Source of the DNA: a virus
IMG/VR virus record: IMGVR_UViG_3300022833_000005
Coordinates: 32,001-96,000 of that record
Reading direction: 5' to 3' (one strand)
Length of the DNA: 64,000 nucleotides
A program made the translations under genes and the position numbers. The notes under the pieces are model-generated. The model was given only the letters and a program-made list of their open reading frames with translations, ran no database searches and was not told where the DNA came from. This document shows, piece by piece, positions 31,101-40,470 of the stretch; position 1 is the stretch's first letter; the number at the start of each line of letters is the position of its first letter.

Positions 31101-34100
31101 ATGAACAAATTAGTTTGTGCAGCAAATCCTTGCCCAATTATACTTAGTAGTGCATGTGTCTTTTACGAAGGCCCTAATTTATTATGTGCTAATATTTTAA
31201 CAAATCAAACTGTTGAAGAAGCTCTTAAGAATATTGATGCTCTCTTGTGTGCTGGTAAAGGTTTAGATGGTTCATCTGGTACATCTGGTACATCTGGTAC
31301 AAGTGGCACAACTGGTACCAGTGGAACGTCTGCTACATCAGGAACATCAGGTACAAGTGGTACAAGCGGAACATCAGGTACAAGTGGTACAACAGGTACA
31401 TCAGGTAGTAGTGGAACATCAGCTACAAGTGGAACATCAGGTACGTCAGGTACTAGTGGTACATCAGGTACATCTGGTACAACAGGTACAAGTGGTACAA
31501 CAGGTACAAGCGGTACTTCTGCTACTAGTGGTACAAGTGGAACAACAGGTACATCAGGTACATCTGGTACAACAGGTACGAGTGGTACAACAGGTACAAG
31601 CGGTACTTCTGCTACTAGTGGTACAAGTGCTACATCTGGCACTAGTGGTAGCTCTGGATATGATGGAGATAAATATAAAACAACATCTACTGATTCATTT
31701 TTATTATGCAATCCAGGATGTTTAACAGTTGATCTAGGATTAGCATTCACTCCTGGTCAGTCTATTGTTGTAGCTCATGATATAAATAATTATCAAGAAT
31801 GTACAATAATAACATACAACTCTGCTAATGGAGAATTATGTTTTACAGAACCAATAACTTGTGTAGGAAGTGGTACATATAGTGAATGGTATATAAATTT
31901 AGATGGATCAACCGGTGGTGATGGGTCTTCTGGTACTAGTGGTACTAGTGGAACAACAGGTACTAGTGGTACGTCTGGTACAAGTGGTACTAGTGGTACA
32001 TCAGGTACAACAGGTACAAGTGGTACAAGTGGTACATCTGGTACAAGTGGTACGACAGGTACATCTGGTACGACAGGTACAAGCGGAACATCTGCTACCA
32101 GTGGAACAACAGGTACAAGTGGTACAACAGGTACAAGTGGTAGTAGTGGCACAACAGGTACAAGTGGTACAAGTAGTACATCAGGTAGCAGTGGTACAGT
32201 TGGTACATCTGGTACATCTGGTACATCAGCTACATCTGGTACAAGTGGTACATCAGGTAGTAGTGGTACAACTGGTACTAGTGGTACAACAGGTACAACA
32301 GGTACATCTGGTACAAGTGGATTAAATGGTTCGTCTGGAGCAGCAATAGCAAATTGGTATGCAAGTTTTTCTGATAGCACTACTCAATCTCTTTCAGCAT
32401 CAAATGTTTCAACAGCAATTACATTTAATACAATAGAATTAAACAATGGAGTTGCCTTAGATTTTAATCAAGAAATAAGATATCCACATGCAGGAATATA
32501 TGAAGTAGGTTATTCTTTACAACTAAAGCAATCTGGAAGTGAAACTTCGTATTCTAGCGTTGATGTATTTTTAAGAAAAAATGGTAATGACATTATAAGG
32601 AAAGATAGATTAATTGATATTGAACCAGGAGGTAGGGTTAATTTACCTTTTGCTTCATTTATATTGAATTTAGAAGCAAATGATTATTTAGAATTAATGT
32701 TTGCTTCTACTAATCCAAATATTCAAATTTCAGCAGTTGCAAGTTCATCTTCTCCTTATACTAAACCTGCTGCACCTTCAGTTATATTTATTACAAAACA
32801 AATAGGAGTGTCCGTAGGATCAACTTCTGGAATATCAGGTACAACAGGTACAAGTGGTACAAGTGGTACATCTGGTACAAGTGGCACAACTGGTACAAGT
32901 GGCACAACTGGTACATCTGGTACAAGTGGTACAAGTGGTACAAGTGGTACTTCAGGACTTCTTGGATCCGCAGCAGTTCCTTTAGTTATTACTGGTACTA
33001 ATATTTCTATCAATCAATCTAGCTCAATTGCTAATGGTTTTTTAAGCTCAACAGATTGGAACAATTTTAATAATAAAGCAAACACAGCTTCTCCTACATT
33101 TACAGGAACAGTTGGCGGTATAACAAAAGAAATGGTAGGACTTGGAAACGTAGACAATTTGCCAAGTCTTTTTATAGAAAACGCAACTGGAGGTAGCCAA
33201 TCAACACAAAGAGTTGGAGCGGGTACTGCAACAGGAAGTCAATCTACTATAAGTGGTGGTGAAAATAATAATTCAAGTGGCGATTATTCAACAGTTGGTG
33301 GTGGTCGTACTAATATTTCGAGTGGTAATTATTCAACAGTTGGTGGTGGTCGTATTAATACTTCGAGTAGTTTTTATTCAACACTTAGCGGTGGTCTTAG
33401 TAATATTTCGAGTGCTAATTATTCAACAGTTGGTGGTGGTCAGACTAGTACTGCGAGTGGTTTTTATTCAACAGTTAGCGGTGGTTATATGAATGTTGCA
33501 AGTAACACTAACTCTACAGTAAGTGGAGGGGTTAGCAATACAGCAAGTGGTGGTTATTCAACAATAAGCGGTGGTAAATCTAATACAGCATCAGCTGGTC
33601 TTTCTTCAATACTAGGTGGTGCCTATAACAACACATCAACATTTGTTAACTCACACATTATAGGTAGTAATATAATAGCATCTGTAGCAAATACTACTTT
33701 CGTTGAAGACTTATCTATTAAGAATATTCCAATTGGCTCAACTTTAGAGGTTGGAGCAAACAATGTCTTGATAGCGGGTTCAGCGGGTGGAGCAAGTCTT
33801 TTTGAAGAAAACGCAACAGGAGGAGTTGGTTCAACACAAAGAGTTGGTTCGGGTACAGCATCAGGTAATACTTCAACAGTTAGTGGTGGAGATACTAACA
33901 TAGCATCAGGTGATAGCTCAACAGTTGGTGGTGGTATAGCGAACACAGCATCAGATAATAAATCTACAGTTGGTGGTGGAAGTAATAATCAAGCTACGGG
34001 TAGTTATTCTACAATTGGTGGTGGTAAGAACAACGCAGCTAGTGCATTCAGTAGTTTTATGGGTACTACTAAGGGTTCTACGGTAAGTGGAGGTGGAAAT

Positions 34101-34646
34101 AATACCGCAGGTGGTGTCGGGGGTAATTCGGGCTATGAAACAATTGGCGGTGGACATCATAATATAGCAAGTGGGGATGTGTCTACCATTAGTGGTGGAG
34201 ATACTAACATAGCATCAGGTGATAGCTCAACAGTTGGTGGTGGTTGGAATAACACAACAAGTACTCGATTTACAGTAATAGCTGGTGGTGGTATAAATAC
34301 TGCAAGTGCTCCTTACGGAGTAGTAAGTGGAGGTAAGGACAATATAGTAAGTGGTAATCATTCTACAATAAGCGGTGGTCGTAATAATACTGCGAGTAGT
34401 TTTTATTCAACAGTTGGTGGTGGTTTTAGTAATATTTCGAGTGCTAATTATTCTTCAATAACGGGTGGAAAATTAAACAACACATCAACATTTGCTAACT
34501 CACACATTATAGGTAGTAATATAACTTCTAACAGAATAAATACTACATTTGTACAGAATTTATCAATTACAACTATTCCAACAGCAAGTGCGGGATTACC
34601 TTCGGGTTCAGTTTGGAGTAACGGAGGGGTTTTAAATATAGTATAA
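31101..34646 (+). CDS. Fibre protein: Gly-Thr-Ser collagen-like stalks, C1q/BclA-like domain, duplicated beta-repeat (STVSGG) tip
   Basis: 1181 aa; three G-X-Y blocks; AITFNT..AGIYEV.YSLQL..LEANDYLEL domain; roughly 13-residue STV(S/G)GGxxNxAS repeats. Confidence 0.75.
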   Translation: MNKLVCAANPCPIILSSACVFYEGPNLLCANILTNQTVEEALKNIDALLCAGKGLDGSSGTSGTSGTSGTTGTSGTSATSGTSGTSGTSGTSGTSGTTGTSGSSGTSATSGTSGTSGTSGTSGTSGTTGTSGTTGTSGTSATSGTSGTTGTSGTSGTTGTSGTTGTSGTSATSGTSATSGTSGSSGYDGDKYKTTSTDSFLLCNPGCLTVDLGLAFTPGQSIVVAHDINNYQECTIITYNSANGELCFTEPITCVGSGTYSEWYINLDGSTGGDGSSGTSGTSGTTGTSGTSGTSGTSGTSGTTGTSGTSGTSGTSGTTGTSGTTGTSGTSATSGTTGTSGTTGTSGSSGTTGTSGTSSTSGSSGTVGTSGTSGTSATSGTSGTSGSSGTTGTSGTTGTTGTSGTSGLNGSSGAAIANWYASFSDSTTQSLSASNVSTAITFNTIELNNGVALDFNQEIRYPHAGIYEVGYSLQLKQSGSETSYSSVDVFLRKNGNDIIRKDRLIDIEPGGRVNLPFASFILNLEANDYLELMFASTNPNIQISAVASSSSPYTKPAAPSVIFITKQIGVSVGSTSGISGTTGTSGTSGTSGTSGTTGTSGTTGTSGTSGTSGTSGTSGLLGSAAVPLVITGTNISINQSSSIANGFLSSTDWNNFNNKANTASPTFTGTVGGITKEMVGLGNVDNLPSLFIENATGGSQSTQRVGAGTATGSQSTISGGENNNSSGDYSTVGGGRTNISSGNYSTVGGGRINTSSSFYSTLSGGLSNISSANYSTVGGGQTSTASGFYSTVSGGYMNVASNTNSTVSGGVSNTASGGYSTISGGKSNTASAGLSSILGGAYNNTSTFVNSHIIGSNIIASVANTTFVEDLSIKNIPIGSTLEVGANNVLIAGSAGGASLFEENATGGVGSTQRVGSGTASGNTSTVSGGDTNIASGDSSTVGGGIANTASDNKSTVGGGSNNQATGSYSTIGGGKNNAASAFSSFMGTTKGSTVSGGGNNTAGGVGGNSGYETIGGGHHNIASGDVSTISGGDTNIASGDSSTVGGGWNNTTSTRFTVIAGGGINTASAPYGVVSGGKDNIVSGNHSTISGGRNNTASSFYSTVGGGFSNISSANYSSITGGKLNNTSTFANSHIIGSNITSNRINTTFVQNLSITTIPTASAGLPSGSVWSNGGVLNIV
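31269..31657 (+). repeat. 9-bp tandem coding repeat (GGT ACA TCT/AGT; Gly-Thr-Ser), block 1, about 43 units
   Basis: Direct reading; synonymous variation between units. Confidence 0.95.
31924..32340 (+). repeat. Gly-Thr-Ser 9-bp repeat, block 2, about 46 units
   Basis: Direct reading. Confidence 0.95.
32818..32957 (+). repeat. Gly-Thr-Ser 9-bp repeat, block 3, about 15 units
   Basis: Direct reading. Confidence 0.9.
33880..34244 (+). repeat. Exact 56-bp direct repeat (33880-33935 and 34189-34244) within the fibre tip repeats
   Basis: ttagtggtggagatactaacatagcatcaggtgatagctcaacagttggtggtggt occurs twice. Confidence 0.9.
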
Positions 34647-34671
34647 TAATAATAATAAATAAACAGAAAAG

Positions 34672-34986
34672 ATGGAAAACAATTTTACAGTTCATATTTT
34701 TGGGTACGGAGAAACTCAATATATAACAAAAGACGTTAATTTTAAAACATTAACAACAGATTTAACAAAGGTTCAGCCTTTAATTGATGCAATTTGGGCA
34801 GAAAAACCCGAAGACGTAACGGGCGGAGATGAATATCACGCAGTAAACATATTTAATTACAACAACAAAAATTGGCAAGGAAAAGGAAAAGAAAATGCTT
34901 CTTTTTATATTAGAGAAAATGATAACTTAGTGGATTTAATTGATGCTTTAATTACAGAGATTAAATACTTAGTTCCAAGTAAATAA
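34672..34986 (+). CDS. Hypothetical protein, possibly a fibre chaperone or accessory protein
   Basis: 104-aa acidic ORF directly after the fibre gene; function inferred from position only. Confidence 0.4.
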   Translation: MENNFTVHIFGYGETQYITKDVNFKTLTTDLTKVQPLIDAIWAEKPEDVTGGDEYHAVNIFNYNNKNWQGKGKENASFYIRENDNLVDLIDALITEIKYLVPSK

Positions 34987-35005
34987 AACAATTCATTGAT
35001 ATAAT

Positions 35006-35051
35006 AAGAGCGATAATATAGTTAATATTTATCGCTTTTACTATATATTTG
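35006..35051 (+). promoter_or_regulatory. Inverted repeat (possible terminator) followed by -7 box TATATTTG
   Basis: aagagcgataa...ttatcgctttt hairpin, then TATATTTG at 35044-35051 before the sulfotransferase gene. Confidence 0.55.
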
Positions 35052-35067
35052 TTAAAAACAAGAAACA

Positions 35068-35886
35068 ATGAATAAAAAAATCTTTTACAATTCTTCTTTG
35101 CCAAGGGCGGGTTCGACTTTAATATCTAATATTATTGCTCAAAACCCTAACTTTTATTGCACTCCAACTTCGGGTGTTTCTGATTATCTTTTAGGCAATA
35201 GAGCGACTTTTATTAATTCCCAACCTATTAAGGCACAAAATAAAGAAAATATGGAAAAATCATTCTTTAATTATGCTAAATTTGGTATTCAAGGGTATTT
35301 TAGTGAATTAACTGACAAGCAGTTAATACTTGACAAAAGTAGAGATTGGGCGATTAATTATAGGTTGTTAGATGAAATCTATGCAAATCCTAAAATTATT
35401 TGTATGGTTAGAGATGTTAGGGCAATCTATTCTTCTATGGAGAAAAACTTTAGAAAAAATCCTCACAAAGAAAATCATATACAAAATGTATCACAGTTAG
35501 TTGGAACTACTTTAGACAAAAGAGTTGATATTTGGGCAGATGGTTTACCCGTAGGTGTTGCAATGGATAGGTTAAAAGATATTTTTCAACAAGGGCTAGA
35601 TAAACATATTTTATTTATTCGCTATGAAGATTTAATGTCAAACCCAAAAGAAACAATGAATAGGGTGTATGACTATTTTCTTATTGATAGATTTGAACAT
35701 TCATTTGATAAAATAGAACAATTAACACAAGAAGATGATGGCGTTCACGGAATATATGGCGACCATAAATTAAGGCAAAAATTTAATATGTTACCAAATG
35801 ATTTTGAAGAAATTTTAGGAATAGAATTATCTGAAAAAATTAAAAATACTTATCAGTGGTTTTTTAATAAATTCTACACGCTATGA
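35068..35886 (+). CDS. PAPS-dependent sulfotransferase
   Basis: 5'-PSB loop SLPRAGSTL, 3'-PB MVRD....YSS, RYEDL. Confidence 0.88.
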   Translation: MNKKIFYNSSLPRAGSTLISNIIAQNPNFYCTPTSGVSDYLLGNRATFINSQPIKAQNKENMEKSFFNYAKFGIQGYFSELTDKQLILDKSRDWAINYRLLDEIYANPKIICMVRDVRAIYSSMEKNFRKNPHKENHIQNVSQLVGTTLDKRVDIWADGLPVGVAMDRLKDIFQQGLDKHILFIRYEDLMSNPKETMNRVYDYFLIDRFEHSFDKIEQLTQEDDGVHGIYGDHKLRQKFNMLPNDFEEILGIELSEKIKNTYQWFFNKFYTL

Positions 35887-36332
35887 TATATTGGTTCACA
35901 GGGCAACCATCCCACGGAAAAACAGTTTTAGCAAATTTGTTAAAAGATATATTTAAGGACAAAAAAGTGTTTCACGTTGACGGAGATGATTTAAGAGCCT
36001 TAACTTTGAATAAGGACTATTCCAAACAAGGTAGGTTAGATAATGTAAGAGGTGCGCAAAAAATAGCCCATTATCTACACAACGAAGGTTGTACGGTGGT
36101 GGTTTCATTAGTTTCTCCTTACAGAGAGCAAAGAGAACAGTTAAAGAGTGTTTTAGGGGAAAACATTATTGAAATATTTATACACACAACAGAAGCAAGA
36201 GAAAGAGATTGTTATAGGGTTGAAGACTATGAAAAACCGTTAGAAAACTTTATTGATATTGATACGACTTTTGATACACCCGAACAATCACTTAAAAAAA
36301 TAATAGAAAAATGTCAGATAGAAAATATTTAG
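35883..36332 (+). CDS. cysC: Adenylylsulfate (APS) kinase-like protein
   Basis: WFTGQPSHGKT P-loop, VDGDDLR, SLVSPY...R, YEKP. Confidence 0.82.
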   Translation: MIYWFTGQPSHGKTVLANLLKDIFKDKKVFHVDGDDLRALTLNKDYSKQGRLDNVRGAQKIAHYLHNEGCTVVVSLVSPYREQREQLKSVLGENIIEIFIHTTEARERDCYRVEDYEKPLENFIDIDTTFDTPEQSLKKIIEKCQIENI

Positions 36333-36715
36333 TCCAATCCGCAACTCAGTCTTCATTTAGTGAAGTAAAATTCTCTATGTATATTGGAAGATGGCAACCT
36401 TTTCACACAGGTCATAGATGGTTAATCGACCAAAGATTAGACGAGGGAAAAAATATCTTAATTTGTATTAGAGATATAGCACCCGATGAAAAGAATCCTT
36501 GGACAGCAGAAGAGGTTACATTGAACTTAAATAAAGTATTAAAGGATTTAATTGAAGAGGGTCGTGTTAAAATTATAACTATTCCCGACATAGAATCTAT
36601 TAATATTGGTAGGGGTGTTGGATATGATATTATAGAACACTTACCACCTAATGAAATTAAAGAAGTATCAGCTACTAAAATTAGAAATCAAATGAAAAAA
36701 GATGGTAAATTATAA
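36311..36715 (+). CDS. HxGH nucleotidyltransferase (cytidylyltransferase fold); candidate minimal ATP sulfurylase
   Basis: IGRWQPFHTGH and SATKIR motifs; overlaps the cysC-like gene. Confidence 0.75.
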   Translation: MSDRKYLVQSATQSSFSEVKFSMYIGRWQPFHTGHRWLIDQRLDEGKNILICIRDIAPDEKNPWTAEEVTLNLNKVLKDLIEEGRVKIITIPDIESINIGRGVGYDIIEHLPPNEIKEVSATKIRNQMKKDGKL

Positions 36716-36911
36716 AAGGCATTTAGGCAAAACTATTTCTTGGAGAATTATAGGCACTTTAGATACTATTATTTTATCAGGATTAATAACGGGAGATTTT
36801 ATGATTGGCTTATCTATTGGAGGTGTAGAAGTCTTTACAAAAATGATATTATACTTTTTCCACGAAAGAGCTTGGTATAAATACTCTAAATTTGGATTAG
36901 ATAAAAAATAA
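36702..36911 (+). CDS. DUF2061-like small membrane protein
   Basis: R.L.KTISWR..GTLDT...K..LY.FHER.W pattern; this family is often next to cysC in Bacteroidota. Confidence 0.75.
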   Translation: MVNYKRHLGKTISWRIIGTLDTIILSGLITGDFMIGLSIGGVEVFTKMILYFFHERAWYKYSKFGLDKK

Positions 36912-36946
36912 ATTACAAAATACCAAAGAGGTTTAATAGCATTATA

Positions 36947-39900
36947 TCAAAATCTAAACCATTTTTCTGAAATTAATAAATTAATTTTTTCTATTACTTG
37001 AACTGATTTAATACTCCTATGGCATTCAAAATGTCTAGGAGTATTTTTATGTTCAGGGCACCAATTCCAATCTCCCTTATCGAATGTATGTTCAGTTTTA
37101 TTCCAACAACTGTTACATACAGATAAATCTTTTACTCTATAGCATTTAAATTCATGACTTTCTTCAGTGAAGTTTGATATCATAATAACTTCTTTATCTA
37201 AGGCCCAAGCTAACCAACTCAATCCTGAAGACAATCCTATAAAGAATTCACTTTGTGTGATCCATTCTATAGTGCTTTCTAATGATTTATTCTGAAGAGG
37301 TTCACAATTATCAAAAGGATTATCTTCTAATGAAACATTCTTAATAATATAGCCTTCTTTGTGCAAGTAATTAATTACATCTTGCCATCCTTCTCTGGTC
37401 CAATATTTACATCCTGCTGTACTATTTGTAGCTATTGTAACTAGTTTATAGTGTGCTTTATTTCCTGATTTATATATTTTTGGTTTTATTTCTACATAAC
37501 TCAATCCTAATATATTTGTAGCTGTTTTTTGTAATGGTATTGTATTTGGTAATTCAGGTTCTTTATTAGTATTATAGAACCATCCTATTTTATACATTGC
37601 ATATAAATTAGGTGCAACCTCTCCAGGTTTAATAAATTCTAATTCAGGATATTCATTTTCAAATAAGAAATTTTTATAAGTGCTAACAATCATCTTACAT
37701 TTATGCTTTTTACGAAACTCTTCAACATAGGGTATCCATGCAATTGTATCTCCTAAAGAAGAGCTATCAAAAGCTATGTAAACACGTTCATTTTCTAAAT
37801 TAAATTCTTTAGTATATACAACCTTTCCATCTTCTGTCTTTATTATTGTTTTCCAGGCAGTATAATATTCTCTATCAAGTCTTATCCAAGAATTAACACC
37901 TATTGTGTTATTATATATAAGTTTTTCACCATCATACATTTCAACAGTAAATTTTTTATTAGATGTACCTTTTATTTCTAAATACGGTTTACCTACAAAA
38001 TGTTGTATAACATAAAAGTCTTCTTTAATTTTATTTTGCATCACATCAATATTTAATACTCTGTTATATAAACTTTTATGATTGCCTCCAAATGTAATAT
38101 TTGTATTATTACTAGGAACTTCATAGACATCTTTACTATCTAATGCTTTTTTTAATTGATCATCTATGTTTGATAATCCAACATTTTCAATTGCATGTAT
38201 GTACTTTGTAAACATATTTCCATACTGAGGTAAGTTGCGTGCAATTATTGGAAGATTATAAGATATAGCTTCTCTCAACACTAGAGGATTGCATTCCCAA
38301 GTGCTATTAAACATAAATACATCTGCAGCTAACATAAATAAATGTGTATCTGATCTTTCTCCCCATATGTGTACATTAGAAGGTACATCTTTCATAATTG
38401 GTTCCCAATATTCACTAAAGTTTACTGCTTGATTACCTACAAAATGAAAATCTACATTTGGAAAGCTTCTTGCTAGTTCTACACCTTCTCCCTGATTTTT
38501 TCCTTTAGTCCACAGTCCTATATTTACTACATGTTTTCTATTATTATCAAAACCTAATTCATATTTTGCTTCAACTTTTGATTTTAGATTATTTACAACA
38601 GGTTCTATTGGAAATTCAATTACGTCTTTGTAAGAAGGTGTATCTTTAAATGTTTTTAAATGATAAGAAGTGCAAAAAGCATAAGCTTCTGGATGATATT
38701 TTTTTTCTGTATCTGGAGAAAAAGATATGTTATGACATGTTTCTATAATTTTCCATGTTCTATCGTTTGCATACAATAAGTTAAGTACTTCTGCTGATCC
38801 ATTTCCTAAGTGTTCAGACATTTCATCTATGTGTACAATATCAATTTTGTTATTTCTTATAATATCAATGAGTTCTGTTTTATCTTCTCCTAATGTATAG
38901 ATGTTTTTTACTATTTCTCTTATTTGATTTTTCTGTACAACATACTCGTCACTGTAATTAGCCCACTCTACTACATAAATATTAAATCCAACTAATGATT
39001 TTATTCTTCTAAGTAAGAATTCAGGCATACCACCTGTAGATAAATGTGGAGCAATGAATAAAACTTTTTTTGAAAGTTGGTTTATTGTGTCTTGCATTAT
39101 ACTAATGTCTTTTTCTCCATGAAAAGCTAATAGATGTTCTTCTTTTGCAGGTGTGGCAACCCATTCTGATATATGATTTACCTCACCCGTAAATTTAAAA
39201 CTACTTACATCTACTTTACCCTTATAGTTTATATACATTAGAGGAAGTCCTATGTGGATATTATGTTTCCACAATAACACATTCATTATAGTTTCTTCGT
39301 GATAAGGGGCATACAATTGTGGGTTTTTCACTATAGCTGGATGACTGCACATCCAAGACCATTCATCAATAAAATTACGAGAATTCTGACCAGCTACAAA
39401 GTAACCACTTTGTCTATACTTATTTCTAACTGATTGATCTACATTAAAAAGTTTACATGCAGCATGTTCTAAACTTTCATGTAAATCATCTCTAGTTTCT
39501 ACTCCACCACGACCATTAATAAATAAATAATCATATACACCTTCTACAAAGTATGGATGTGTAGCTTCATTAGGTAGATAATCAAATATAGTATCTATAT
39601 ATTTAGTTACTACAGTGTCTGAATCTATATAAGCTATTGTCAAAGCATGCTTATCTAAAGCATCTGCAACAATTAAAGGTCTTTGTATTAGTAATTTATA
39701 AATCTGAGAGTTATTTCTATCTAAATAGTTATTTTTTTCTATGTGTACACCTTCTAAATTCCATTCAATTGTTTTGTATGCACCTTTTATTTTTATATCA
39801 GAGTTTATCATATACACTATTACAGGTATATTGCTAACATTATTGATACTTTTTACAGCCATTGTTACTATTTCACTATAAGATGCATTTGCATATAATA

Positions 39901-40423
39901 TGTATGATTTTTCCAATTTCATATGTATATACGTATAATACCCATAATACTCGTTAGAGAAAATACATTTAAGTTTTGGATAACGTTCTGTCATTACATC
40001 TGGTGTAAGATCAAGTTGATGGTGAGTTTCGTGTATATTCCCTTCATGCTCTCCCTGCTCCATTTCATAAGGAATAGCAACTAAACAGTCTTTACCTAAT
40101 TCAATAATTTTATCAATTAATTCTATAGCTTGATCTTTATGTAAATGTTCTAAAACATCTCCTAGAATAATAAAATCATAGTCTACTATAGAGAACTCAA
40201 GTATGTCTTTACAATATACATTATCATACTTTTTGATTAACCCATATTTATAGATGTAAGGACTATATATCTCCACTGCATCTATATTATAGCTTTCTGA
40301 TTCTAATAAATCTGCGTAAGTTCCTATACCAGGACCTACATCTAATAGTCTTTTATGAGTTGGGACATTGTCTTGAAACCACTGTTTTACTTCAGTTTTA
40401 AATAAATAAAAGCTAATAGGCAT
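36947..40423 (-). CDS. Multidomain enzyme: SAM methyltransferase + GT-A glycosyltransferase + GT-B (GT4-like) + TibC/Aah-like protein O-glycosyltransferase
   Basis: LDVGPGIG; YIDSD; HLSTGGMP..GKNQ..D.FMFNS.WECNPLVLREA; SSSLGDTIAW..FIGLSSGLSWLAW..CNSCWN..WCP..FEC. Start is probably MPISF at 40423, because the track's TTG lies inside the promoter box. Confidence 0.8.
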   Translation of the reverse strand: MPISFYLFKTEVKQWFQDNVPTHKRLLDVGPGIGTYADLLESESYNIDAVEIYSPYIYKYGLIKKYDNVYCKDILEFSIVDYDFIILGDVLEHLHKDQAIELIDKIIELGKDCLVAIPYEMEQGEHEGNIHETHHQLDLTPDVMTERYPKLKCIFSNEYYGYYTYIHMKLEKSYILYANASYSEIVTMAVKSINNVSNIPVIVYMINSDIKIKGAYKTIEWNLEGVHIEKNNYLDRNNSQIYKLLIQRPLIVADALDKHALTIAYIDSDTVVTKYIDTIFDYLPNEATHPYFVEGVYDYLFINGRGGVETRDDLHESLEHAACKLFNVDQSVRNKYRQSGYFVAGQNSRNFIDEWSWMCSHPAIVKNPQLYAPYHEETIMNVLLWKHNIHIGLPLMYINYKGKVDVSSFKFTGEVNHISEWVATPAKEEHLLAFHGEKDISIMQDTINQLSKKVLFIAPHLSTGGMPEFLLRRIKSLVGFNIYVVEWANYSDEYVVQKNQIREIVKNIYTLGEDKTELIDIIRNNKIDIVHIDEMSEHLGNGSAEVLNLLYANDRTWKIIETCHNISFSPDTEKKYHPEAYAFCTSYHLKTFKDTPSYKDVIEFPIEPVVNNLKSKVEAKYELGFDNNRKHVVNIGLWTKGKNQGEGVELARSFPNVDFHFVGNQAVNFSEYWEPIMKDVPSNVHIWGERSDTHLFMLAADVFMFNSTWECNPLVLREAISYNLPIIARNLPQYGNMFTKYIHAIENVGLSNIDDQLKKALDSKDVYEVPSNNTNITFGGNHKSLYNRVLNIDVMQNKIKEDFYVIQHFVGKPYLEIKGTSNKKFTVEMYDGEKLIYNNTIGVNSWIRLDREYYTAWKTIIKTEDGKVVYTKEFNLENERVYIAFDSSSLGDTIAWIPYVEEFRKKHKCKMIVSTYKNFLFENEYPELEFIKPGEVAPNLYAMYKIGWFYNTNKEPELPNTIPLQKTATNILGLSYVEIKPKIYKSGNKAHYKLVTIATNSTAGCKYWTREGWQDVINYLHKEGYIIKNVSLEDNPFDNCEPLQNKSLESTIEWITQSEFFIGLSSGLSWLAWALDKEVIMISNFTEESHEFKCYRVKDLSVCNSCWNKTEHTFDKGDWNWCPEHKNTPRHFECHRSIKSVQVIEKINLLISEKWFRF

Positions 40424-40441
40424 AATCTTTGATTTTAAATA

Positions 40442-40449
40442 CAAATGTA
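40442..40449 (-). promoter_or_regulatory. -7 box TACATTTG for the multidomain glycosyltransferase
   Basis: Reverse complement of caaatgta, about 20 nt before the ATG at 40423. Confidence 0.6.
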
Positions 40450-40470
40450 GATAAAAATAATTACATGTTT

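Noticed and set aside
31269-32957. Possible CRISPR array
   Set aside because: Contiguous 9-bp coding repeats with no unique spacers and no cas genes
31205-33013. Val/Pro-rich and Val/Gln-rich ORFs overlapping the fibre gene
   Set aside because: Shadow frames of the 9-bp Gly-Thr-Ser repeat
33880-34244. Diversity-generating retroelement TR/VR pair
   Set aside because: The copies are identical, with no adenine-specific mismatches; both are in-frame inside the gene; no reverse transcriptase in the window
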